DNA of 64,000 nucleotides, taken from assembly GCA_965178125.1 (NCBI GenBank), contig OZ237750.1, forward strand, positions 186,001 to 250,000, read 5' to 3'. Both the position numbers and the translations under genes were made by a program. Position 1 is the stretch's first letter, and the number at the start of each line of letters is the position of its first letter. The notes beneath the pieces are model-generated. The model was not told where the DNA came from. It did not search any database and saw nothing but the letters and a program-made list of their open reading frames with translations. Shown piece by piece: positions 40,602 to 50,984 of the stretch. The DNA is from Bilabrum cf. latius. Taxonomy: Eukaryota.

Positions 40602-43600
40602 TCACCAACACAAGCAGCCGCACCAGCTCAAGATTGCAGCGCCGGCAGACCCAATGACGCACACCAAAGACAGAAGTGCCGGCATACCGACAGTTGCCAA
40701 CCGCTGGGACGCGTACAGCACGGGATTTGTCAGCAAGAACAGCTGATGGTCCCCAAGCACATCCAGGGAACAGTGCGAGTGCCCCAGCGAACCAGCAGTA
40801 CAGCTCATGCCCCACACACAGCACCCCAGCACGATGACGTCCTCAAGCAGTCGCATCGGCGCCGACCACCTCCGCACGTGCGCGCTCAGCCTTGCTGCCA
40901 TGGCACGTGCTTCCGACTCCTCGAACCCCTCCATTGGGTCGCTTCCACTGGAGCACCTGGACCATGCCAGCGCCTGGGAATCCCATGCTAGCAGCTGCAG
41001 AAGCCGGATACCTACGATGGTTGCTGGGCTCTGAATTAGTTTGCGACGAAGCATACCCACGTCTCTGTGGAGCACCTCCCAATGCCATTCGGCCCTGCCT
41101 GTGTCGACCTGGTGGCAGCTCGTCCCGCAGGAGTCGCCACAGCAGCCACGCTACTATCCATCACACACAGCTGTCGACCGTAGTCGATTAGCTCTACTGG
41201 TGCCAGCCTGTCCACGGCTACCAGGTCTAGAGACTGGCAGTCCAGGCTACTCCCCTGTTTGATTTGGTAGCTCTTCGAGAACTGAGGCTGCGGATTGGCA
41301 CGATGGTCCTGTCGGCACCTGCTGCCTCAAAATTTGGCTGCCAGAGGATGAGTCCTCCCCTATCTGCAGGTGCCCTAGCCTCACGCTGTTGCTGGATTCC
41401 AGTGCAAAATGCTGGAGCCTGCTGTCGCCCGCACATGGTTCACCTGTCGTGTGCGCTTGGCTGTCGATGCTGTCGTCAAGACTGTCCACAAAGATCTATC
41501 CGGCATGAAGCGGAGATGCTGACCTTGCAAGCCTATTATTAGTCGTTGCTGCTGGGTCGGAACCGACCTGAATCTAGCCGTTCGGCTGCCATGGTACAGC
41601 TCGCCCGTCTTGTTGCAGCCGATGCTGGTGGCGAACTGATCCAGGTGCTCGGGCCCGTCTCAGCACCAACGATAAGACATCGCCGCCTGGCACAACCTGC
41701 ACCAAAGACGCGTCGTGGCTGCAATCGCCGCACAATGTGCCTCGGGAGATATTGGACAGGGCAAGCCTGAGCACAACACCACCTACCAAGCCGACGGCCA
41801 GGCAAGCTGCCACCAGCTGCAGCCGACCAACAGCAAGAGCCGACAAGAGAAGCCAGTACAACAAGTATCTGTACACTGATAAGATGGATGCTGCTGCGTC
41901 CCACAGGCTCGAGCTGCAGCCGCACAGCTTTCCGGGCTTGCCACTTCCTAAAGTTGGTTGATTCAGTTCTACTACAGCTGCTAGTACACCAGTCTGATTT
42001 GCTTCAGTGTCGTTTAAGACCCTACCATTGAAACGTTGGTCGACGTGTTCCAACAGCAGGCTTTGCACCTGTGCCTGCGCCTGCGCCTCTGCAAGCTAGC
42101 TCACGACTGCTCTAGCGTGAAGCTATTGGCCAATACCAATGGCACAGACGCTGGCTGCGGCAAGCATGGTTAGGACATACGTAGCTAAGGCAATTGGCCC
42201 ACTGGCAGCGCTTGCCCACGTCGCACCGCAGGAAGCAGCACTCACCCCCAGCCCGCCCTACATGCACGGCAAGGATACAGCACTGCGTACTGTCGACAGC
42301 TACGCTGCAGGCAGCCACGCGCCGCCCTCTGCTCCCGGCCTCTCCCGTCGTAGCACAGACACCAGCTGCCGCGACAGAGCACCAGCCGACCGACCACGCT
42401 GCGCCAGCATTTCACCAGCGGATCCGGGGCTTCGAAAGATCACCGATGGGAGCGGATCGATGCGAACTGACACGTCCACCTCCATGGGCAGATACGGTGG
42501 GTCCTGGGGGATGCTTGGAGTCAGAGGCGCGGCTTGGTCTAGCGCAGGCTGCACTCGCTAGGGCGGGACTGGCGCTCTGATGTCCAGCACCTGGACGACA
42601 ATGTCACGGACAGTGGCCACGGATATGTTGTTTGGATTGCCCCCAACCGTTTCCTTCTTTGATGGGTCCCACTCCCCCAGCACGTCCATGACATCTGCAT
42701 TGATTTCAGCTTCAAGCCGGCGGCGCTGCAGCTCCGATGGGACGGGATACCGCAGACCCGGCCCGGCATCGCCTTCAATCTGCGCGGGATGGGCAGGCGG
42801 CCACGTGCTACGATCGAACAGCAAAGTGAACGTCACCGTGGCATGAGACGTCGGCTCCCGCTGAACCCATGCGGCATCCCACTACAAGCTACTGCCTGCA
42901 TCCGGTCTGCATTCCAGGGCAGTGTTTGCTGGTCCATCGCCATCGATGTCGTACACTGGGGCACGCACCTCACCCCAGCTGCTCCATCCTCGAAATGACC
43001 CTTTCAGCCCGGCTGGCTGCGCATCTGCCCTCGGGACAACTCCGCCCGACTGAAGCAGTGCTGGGTATCCTCCCCATCGCGTCAGCCATGGACGTGCAAG
43101 GGAAGCGATGCCATTCCACCCCCCAGACCTGTCTTTGGCGTTCGCTTCCAGCCCTACATCAACGGCCAAGTGCGCTGGATCGTCACATCGCATCCTACAC
43201 ACCGGTCGCATGAAGTACGCACCGAGTGGGCTCGTTTGCCCGCACTCCCAATTGCCGCCTCTGATGGAAGGCAGTGAGGTCTGTGGGCTGGGCGCGGTCA
43301 CTCGCCACAGTGCAGCGCCCCTATACCTGGCTTTGGGGCCCTGCGCCGGCACAGGCGCGAGGACCTCCCAGGGCCTGCCTGGAGTAGGCGGAGTATTCTT
43401 GGGACCGTCCCAGGGTGGGCCCTAACCCTGCGGGCGCAGCTTCGTGGCATCCACTGTCGTGTTTGGGTACTGGCCTGCCGTGCTGGATTGGGCGCACTGG
43501 CACATCTACCCGCCCACAGCAACGGCGCGCGTGGAGGCGGCGGCAGGGTAGTCAGAGTGCACGACATCGATCGTCCAGTTGACCAACTGCGGTGCCGTGC

Positions 43601-45589
43601 CAGGCACATGGCGCGCTGTGGAGAACCTGCTATCATTCCGAGCGGTAGTAGCACCATGCTATGCCCGGCTATTGCCAATCGATTCGTCCGGCGTGCGTGT
43701 GCTTGGCCCTGCCGGGGCAGGTGGCAGCTCTGTCTGTGTGACATAGTATGCCATCGAGCACGCAAAGCGGGGTATCCGTGTCCCAAGCAGCGACCCGCGC
43801 TGCTGCTCAACGAGCCATTCAGCTACGGCAGTAAGCTGCTGCACAGATCCCGGCCCCGCGCCGCGCGGTATATCCGGGGAGCAGTTCCTGGCCGCTACAC
43901 AGGACGGGTCATCCAGCAGCACCTGCATCGGCTGCACGCTCGGATATCCATGCGGGGTGCCCTGCGGGCCGTTCTGCCCGCTGGCAATTTCAAGAGTAAA
44001 ACACTTGACCGCGCCCCCCGATCCGTCCAGCCGCTTTAGTTTGGTGCTGTTGGACCGGATTGCTGTGCTGAGCACGGCCTGCGCGATTCCAGGCACCGAC
44101 CAGATCACCTGCACCACGTGTCGTGGGTTCACCCTCCACGGATATTCGGCCTCTTCATCGGATGTCATACCCTCACGGTCACGCAACTAGTGATTGGGTG
44201 CATCTTTTGCTGTTCTATCGCGGATGGGCCCATGGCGATGGGTTGTTGCTTGGGGCGGATGCCGCCACGGCACCTGAAGAGCCATCTCGGCCACGGTGCC
44301 AGGGGGATACACCACCTTAAGAATCTGGTGCCACCGGTTGTAGAGCCCGCCACCACCATCGCCTCGTGGAAACCGCTGCGTCCCGGGAGCAGCGGGCTCT
44401 GCCAGGGGAATCCCAATCACAAGCCCGTTAGCGACGCCCTGGTTGTCCGCCTCGAAGGCGGACAGGTTGGCAAGTTCGGGCCTGTTTGGGCGCAGAGCGC
44501 ACTGTTCTGCTGTCGCTGTGCGGGGCGGTGCGTGCCAGGCGATTGCCTGCCTGCACGTGTCATTGGGCGCGATCGGCACACCGTCCGGAGTGCATGCCGG
44601 GGACAGGGTGGCAGCTGGGCATCTTGTCAAAGGTACGAGGGCCACTGCAACGCGCTGGTACGACTGAGTCAGGGGCCAGCCTACCGCTGCTTCAGTGCTG
44701 TGCCCGTTGCGTTCGAATATCCAGGCGTTCGGGCCTCTCTTGTACTGCGGTGTCCCGCCCGAAGGCACAGGCATCCACGGAACGGGGGCCTCCCCCGACC
44801 GGGCATCGCCCCAGTATCGGCCGTAGGAAGACACGAGCAACGGACCGTCCTTGCTTACTGAGAAACTCACGGGCAGGTCATGCACTAGCACCCATTCCTC
44901 CGTGGTCCACGGCTCCACAGACCTTGTCGGCGCGTGCAAGGCGCTGCTTGCTGGGGGAAGCCCTCTGGCATATGGAGCCTCCTGCTTGCTGAGCGCAATC
45001 TCAGTGTACCCACCCGAGATTGCGGATAGGGATGGGTTGATTCGGTTGGGCCATGGATACGATATATTTCCAACTGAGGGAAGACCAGCTGCTTTGGCAG
45101 CTTGTGGGCTGTCTGCCATGCCGGAAGGGGGCAGCCCGCCGGGCCCGCTTGGCCACCTCCACTAGGCAGTGTATGGACTTGTTGACCCCATGAGCTGAGG
45201 TGGGCGAGGAAACATACTCAGATTGCAACCAAACTTGTCTGCTCCATCCGGACTAGGCCTGGCTTCAGCTAGATCCCGAGAGAGAATCCGACTCGTTCGG
45301 ATGGACGACTTGGACTTGCCCACTCCTATGGCACTGGGGCCTCGCGTGGCAACCCATGTAGCTGCGCGAGGCTGACTTTAACTGACTATGAGAACGTATG
45401 ACCTTGAAAATACCCGCTACGAGATTCTTGTGATCGTGCCTTACCGTTGCATACTGGGTCGTTTAGATTATGCTTGTGTATTGTGCCGTAGTTGAGCAGT
45501 ATTTGAGGTCCTGCCCGCCGCATGCCATCGTAAACATTAACGGCTTGGCATATTGCACATAAAATGCACGCAATGATCATGCTGAGCAT
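40602..45589 (-). CDS. Large hypothetical secreted/membrane protein (~1600 aa)
   Basis: ORF fragments starting 45119, 44186, 43352, 42836, 42554, 42068, 41489 and 41075 share one frame, separated only by TAG. Signal-peptide-like first exon at 45589 with probable intron ~45363-45444; hydrophobic segments near C-terminus. Confidence 0.6.
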
Positions 45590-45688
45590 GGCTTATGCAC
45601 TGGCTTATTTGCCTGCACCGGTGGATTGCATCTTCATCTTTAACACCGGACTCCGTTCGGAACAGGTCACTGGCAGCCAGCACCATTC

Positions 45689-47821
45689 TCACAGAGCTCG
45701 TCTTGCCCTTGCACGAGCCTCATCACGCTCCGCATCCGTCTTGAGAGCGCTTTCACACGCTATCGCCTGCACAACGCGGATCCCGAGGTACCGGAACCTC
45801 TGCCCGGTTGCCAGCTCCTGCCGCCGCGCAAGGCCCAAGACCTCCCTCGTTGCATCGTCGTACTCCTTCTGCAGGACCTCTGCGCGGCGCCGAAGTTCCG
45901 TAGCCTCCGCTTCAGCCCTGATTTGCCCGTCCCGCTGCTCGAGACGGAAGGACCGGTTCGGAGAGAACAGCCCACCCAGGCCAGTACCGCTGCCAGTCAG
46001 GCCAGCCCCTGACCTGGACCTGCCCAGCCCAATCGACCCGCGGAGAGCCATCGCGCCAGGCGCCGCTGTGCGAGACCTGGACAGCGTCCCGCGGGTCGCA
46101 CTCGTCACACTGCCTCTGGTAGAGGCCACGGCCCGGGCCGAAATCCTGACCTTGACGGGCATCGCCAGCTCGCGACCCAGGGCACTCCACCTGGAGGGAG
46201 CGTCGGATGACACGTCGCCCAGCGACTCGCCACTCGCGGCGCCGGTTCCGCTCGCGGCGCCGTCGCCGAGGAGCCGATCGAGCTGGTTGCAACCGGCTGC
46301 CGCGGTGCCCTTGCCTTTTCCGTGGCTCGCCCCAAGCGGGCCTCCAGCTGGCGCACCTGACCCGCCCCCCCTCCACCGACTCGCCTCCTGCTGCAGGTCA
46401 AGCAGTTTCCGTTTGATGGCCGTCCTCTCCTCTACAGCGTCTAGCAGCTGGGTTGTCGAAGGATCCGAAAGTTGTTTCTCGAGTCGAGCCACCTCCACCG
46501 ACACCGCCGCTTTGACCGCCCCCTAACACGCCACTTTGACCGCCTCTGCGACCCGAGCTGCCACCCGCTACACTTCCTACAAGTGCGCCTCCTTCCCAGG
46601 GAACGAGCGAACCTTCCCTAAGGGTTCGTCGTCCTTCCCGCTGCCTTCTTCTTGGCCGTTGTCATCCTCACCAGCAGGGTGTTCCCAAGAGGGCAGCCCG
46701 ATCAGGGTCGTCTCAGCATCGGCCCCCGCCTATCCCGGCGCCCTCATCCGAACAGGTCCGGAGGCGGCGAGCAGCTCCTTCCCACTCGTCACACCGGATC
46801 CCGCTAGCTGCTGCCTGGCCCTCGCGGTCGGACCCCCCCGGAGGCCGATCCGCCTCCCGTGCTTCCCCGCTGCCTCTTCCGCCTTGTTCCTCAGCCCCAC
46901 CAGGAACTCTGTTCTCTGGGCGTGGGGCGTACCCGCCCTGTCCCACAGGGGAAACAGTCTTCGGAAGGTTGCAACCACCTCGTCACCGAGACCTAGGCCG
47001 CCGAGAATCTCTCGGCTGGTCCTGTTCCACCGCCGCTGGGCCTCCTGCTCCTCGTCCCATCGCCTTAGATGCCTCTCAATGGCGGCTTTGCTCGGCTCAC
47101 CGGAAGTGCCGGCTATGCTGCGGCTTCGAGATCTGCGCTTTTCAGTCGTCTTCCTGTCTCCTCTGGCAGCGGGTCTTGACCCCGAGCGGCTCACCGCACT
47201 ACCTGCCGAGCTTCCAGACAACAAGCTGGTCAGAGAACCGCGATGAACCTTCTCTACACCGAGCTGGCCTGGCACGGCTCCAAGCATGGGCGGGTGCTTG
47301 CCACGGCTGGCGATGGCCGCAGATGGGGACGCTGCTGGGTGACCCTTGCCCTTGCCCTTGCCCTTGTCCTTGTCCCCTTCATTGTCGAACGCAACTGCAT
47401 GCTCGTCACGGTGCGAGCTACTGATAACCTTACTAGATGCTCTTGCAGCCGTATTGCGGGGCAGTGCAGGCGGGATGGAGGCGGGCTGCAGCAGCCTGTC
47501 GAGCTGGGACCCAGGGCGCGGCGCCTCAACCTGGTTCCGCAAGCGTGATCGCACGACGCGGCCGGGAGGTGAGACTGGCACCCCGAGCCGCTGCAGCTAA
47601 TCAAGGTCCAGCTTGCGCTCGGGCGGATCCAGGACACCGCCGCTCCCGCCGATGCCATGCGCACGCTCTCCAAGGGGGCTGTTCTCGAGCGCCTGCTGGA
47701 TCGATTGAGCGCCGCTCTTACTTGCCCGCTATCCGTCCTCCCTCTGCTGGTTCTAGTCCTCGCCAACGGCTAGGTCCTGCAGGACGTCACGGTGCTGGGC
47801 GTCAGGGTCTGCTATTGATGA
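45689..47821 (-). CDS. Coiled-coil hypothetical host protein, 5' part cut off by the virophage insertion
   Basis: Frame open (TAG=Q) from TGA 45689 up to the GC/AT junction; no ATG near the junction and TAA follows ~30 nt into the element. Confidence 0.6.
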
Positions 47822-47923
47822 TGTTATCCGCCAAAATGTGTGTAGTTTTTATATAAGTAAACTCTATTTCTACTATATAGTAGAAATAGAGTTATCATAA
47901 CTCCACATTTTGGCGGATAACAT
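47821..47923. repeat. Terminal nested inverted repeat/hairpin
   Basis: 20-bp arms ATGTTATCCGCCAAAATGTG (47821-47840) and CACATTTTGGCGGATAACAT (47904-47923) enclose a perfect 34-bp palindrome at 47860-47893. Confidence 0.9.
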
Positions 47924-48122
47924 AAGAGGTCAATATTAACCACTTCACAACATCTTAAGCCGTAGTCCTTCATAATGTCCTTCACTTGAACATAATAATT
48001 TAATAGCTATTTATTCATATATCTACCTAATTTAATACCTTCGCGCCGTTAATGTCTATCTGTTAGACCTTTACTTTACTTAATCTGTTGAGTGAATCCC
48101 TAGCCTAAGTCTTAGGATATGC

Positions 48123-48195
48123 CCGCCCGAAATTGCGGAAATATATAGTCATTTAAGAATATATGTTCGCAATTCTGGGCGCGTAGGTGTATTGA
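48123..48195 (+). repeat. Palindromic interspersed repeat R1
   Basis: CGCCCGAAATTGCG-N30-CGCAATTCTGGGCGC-GTAGGTGTATTGA. Confidence 0.9.
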
Positions 48196-48519
48196 GTTTT
48201 ATATTATGATTTGGTTTTAAGTATCAATTGACATTTACCACTTTAGAAAATAACTAAATAAATACTTAAAGAGATTGACAGAAGTATTAAAGTCTTTTTA
48301 ATACTTCCAATGAAAAATTTAAATTAATAAATAAAACTAAACTAATATATCAACTTAATTTATCTCTTTTTTTATTACTTGTCAATCTATACTTAAATAA
48401 TTGAATATTTAAATATAACTAGAAGGAGATATTAATCACTTTATAAAGTCTTTTATATGTCATCTCTTCAAAACTTCAAATATAAGGGTATCCCCTTAAA
48501 AATACATTCTTTTATCTAT

Positions 48520-48591
48520 CGCCCGAAATTGCGGTAATATTATAGCTATTCAAGATATATTTCTGCAATTCTGGGCGCGTAGGTGTATTGA
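48520..48591 (+). repeat. Palindromic interspersed repeat R2
   Basis: Same consensus; loop type TATAGCTATTCAAG. Confidence 0.9.
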
Positions 48592-48812
48592 TTTTTATTT
48601 TTCATAATTCTTTAAATATGTTAAAGTCCTTTGTTTGAGTATATGATATAAAGGAATACAAAGCGGGATAACTTAAAAATGATAAATGTTTTGACGATGA
48701 CTTTAAAATGACTCAATGAACTGGTTTATGTCAAGTGTATTACTTTGAAATGATTAATCACTAGATTAAATGGAAAATATAGGATAATAAAATATGGTAT
48801 AGTATAATACTA

Positions 48813-48885
48813 GCGCCCGAAATTGCGGTAATATATTAGGATATTAAGATATATTGTCGCAATTCTGGGCGCGTAGGTGTATTGA
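48813..48885 (+). repeat. Palindromic interspersed repeat R3
   Basis: Same consensus; loop type TAGGATATTAAG. Confidence 0.9.
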
Positions 48886-48985
48886 GTTTTATATTTTGTT
48901 AATTTTGACATAGTTATCTTATAGAGGTGTAATTTTGTAATAAAGATATTTCTAGTATGTGCTATATTAAATGTCCAGAAATGAC

Positions 48986-49057
48986 GGCCCGAAATTGCGG
49001 AAATATATTAGGATATTAAGAGATATTGTCGCAATTCTGGGCGCGTAGGTGTCTTCA
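48986..49057 (+). repeat. Palindromic interspersed repeat R4
   Basis: Same consensus; loop type TAGGATATTAAG. Confidence 0.9.
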
Positions 49058-49223
49058 ATAATCAATAATCAACTACTTCTTTATTTTGATTAATTTTTTT
49101 GACTTACCGTTCATTTTATTGACCACTTAACGGGATATCACAAAAAGACTTAACCACTTGACGAGATATTTTAAAATAACTAATAATAAATATGACCGCC
49201 CCAAATTGTATCTCCAGATATGA

Positions 49224-49296
49224 CCGCCCCAAATTGCGGAAATATATAAGTATCAAGAAAATTATGTTTGCAATTCTGGGCGCTCACCCGTATTCA
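49224..49296 (+). repeat. Palindromic interspersed repeat R5 (with duplicated left half at ~49190-49208)
   Basis: Same consensus; loop type AAGTATCAAGAAAATTATG; variant tail. Confidence 0.88.
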
Positions 49297-49307
49297 ATTT
49301 TACATAT

Positions 49308-49517
49308 TCACTAAGTCATACCACTTGAAGTGGTCCATTTGATCTTGTGTTCATATTTAGAATGTCCTTTAACTTGTATCAATGTATTGAGTACTTCTTC
49401 TAACTAGTCCTTAACAAATGATTTTGTCTTATGATATGTCTTGGTAGTCTTCACCTATTTAATAACTAATTTACAAGTCTTACCGACAATATACTAAGTT
49501 AATAAATCTTGTATCAT
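49308..49517 (-). CDS. Viral hypothetical protein (69 aa)
   Basis: MIQDLLTQYIVGKTCKLVIKQVKTT...; ORF exists only with TAG=Q; ends TGA. Confidence 0.55.
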
Positions 49518-49525
49518 AATATATT

Positions 49526-49933
49526 ATGTATGAGATAATTATTGATGGATTCAAATATAAACCCTCTACTCGTAGAAATAAGAAATATGATGTATTCAAA
49601 AATGGTAAGTATATCACTAGCTTTGGTGATGCACGATATGCTCAATACTTTGATTTGATTGGTAAGTATGGAGATAATAACCATATTGACCCTAAAAGAC
49701 GACGCCTATACTACCGAAGACACGGGAAGACTACCGATACTAATAGCTCAAAATATCACAGTCATAAAATCTTATGGGGAAGTGATAATGCTATTAAGGA
49801 CTACTTAACAAAACTAGCCAATGGAGTATTAGATGTAAAAAGGTATGTTAAAGGGGATACTTTGGAAAAATGGTTAGATGACTATAGGTCTAAAGTGGAC
49901 GCAAGACTGAAACAATTAAAAATATTAAATTAA
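49526..49933 (+). CDS. Conserved viral hypothetical protein of a type seen in Polinton-like and giant viruses (135 aa)
   Basis: KKYDV....ITSFGD..Y..Y....H.DPKRR..YYRRH......SKY.S.KILW motif. Confidence 0.7.
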   Translation: MYEIIIDGFKYKPSTRRNKKYDVFKNGKYITSFGDARYAQYFDLIGKYGDNNHIDPKRRRLYYRRHGKTTDTNSSKYHSHKILWGSDNAIKDYLTKLANGVLDVKRYVKGDTLEKWLDDYRSKVDARLKQLKILN

Positions 49934-49937
49934 AAAG

Positions 49938-50010
49938 TCAATACGCCTACGCGCCCAGAATTGCGAAAATATATCTTGAATAGCTATAATATTACCGCAA
50001 TTTCGGGCGC
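49938..50010 (-). repeat. Palindromic interspersed repeat R6
   Basis: Reverse-oriented copy immediately after the TAA at 49933. Confidence 0.9.
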
Positions 50011-50090
50011 CCAAATTTGAATCGAGCTTAAGACATCTCGTTTAATTAGACTTAAAAATAATATATTATTATAGTATATACTATATTATA

Positions 50091-50624
50091 ATGTGCTATA
50101 AATGTCGTAACTTCATAATCAATAAGCTAAAGATTAATGACTGGAATAAGATAGCCCCTCTATTAATACCAGCTGGAGAGACTAGAGAAGAAGACGGAAA
50201 GTGTATCTGTGATCACCAAATTAAGGAAGTTCATTTCGTTGAGTATCCCCCAACTGGTGATATATTTAAATTAGGTTCTGAATGTATTAATAACACATTC
50301 GAAAAGGATCATGATGTGTATAAGGCTTGTATGTATAAGACTTGTGATGTATGCTCTTGTGTTGTTAAACGTAGTAGCTGGAAAAGTCATATTAAATCCA
50401 TTAAACACGAATTAAATAAAGACATATTAAAAGATAAGAGTAGATGCACTGATTGCGATGAGTTCATTGAAAAACATAAATATAAAAAGACTTGTCTTAG
50501 TTGTTATAATAAAAAGAGGAAATACTCACAATGTAAGAAATGTGAAAAGTATCTTATTAAACCAGGAGCCACTTTCTGGTTTTGTTATGACTGTAACTAG
50601 AAGAGAAAGAAATATAAGAAATAA
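50091..50624 (+). CDS. Cys-rich multi zinc-finger protein (177 aa)
   Basis: CICDH..GSECI, C2H2-like CDVC...H..S.KH and repeated CxxC pairs; extends through TAG 50598 to TAA. Confidence 0.75.
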
Positions 50625-50664
50625 TGTTTAATTTACGCCAACATATTATATCGTCTTTATATAT

Positions 50665-50898
50665 ATGTACGACTTGAAAATTATAATGTCTCCCAAGTTT
50701 TTAAAAGCTTGTAAAAATAATAAAGTTATTGAAAAGGCTATAAAAGCTATAGAGGACAATTTAAAAGATGAAATTAAATTATGTTTTGATGGCAATGAGT
50801 GGGATATGTCAAATGGATCATAGACTCTTTTTTATAATCTTCAAAGTAAAGAAGAACGAGAAGAAATATTAAAGAAAAATGGAACAATTACAGCATAA
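50665..50898 (+). CDS. Viral hypothetical protein (77 aa)
   Basis: ATG to TAA with one internal TAG; preceded by the CGCCAA upstream motif. Confidence 0.55.
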
Positions 50899-50984
50899 AC
50901 AACTAGAAGAAATAACAGAAGACAATATGTTAAAAAATCGTTTAATTAACGCCAAAATTTATATCTACTATATATATAGTAAAT

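Noticed and set aside
144-47856. Numerous long overlapping/antisense ORFs in the ORF track (e.g. 14422-15687, 27842-29155, 22210-23409, 9779-10777)
   Set aside because: Shadow ORFs of GC-rich coding sequence on the other strand or frame, with no recognisable motifs.
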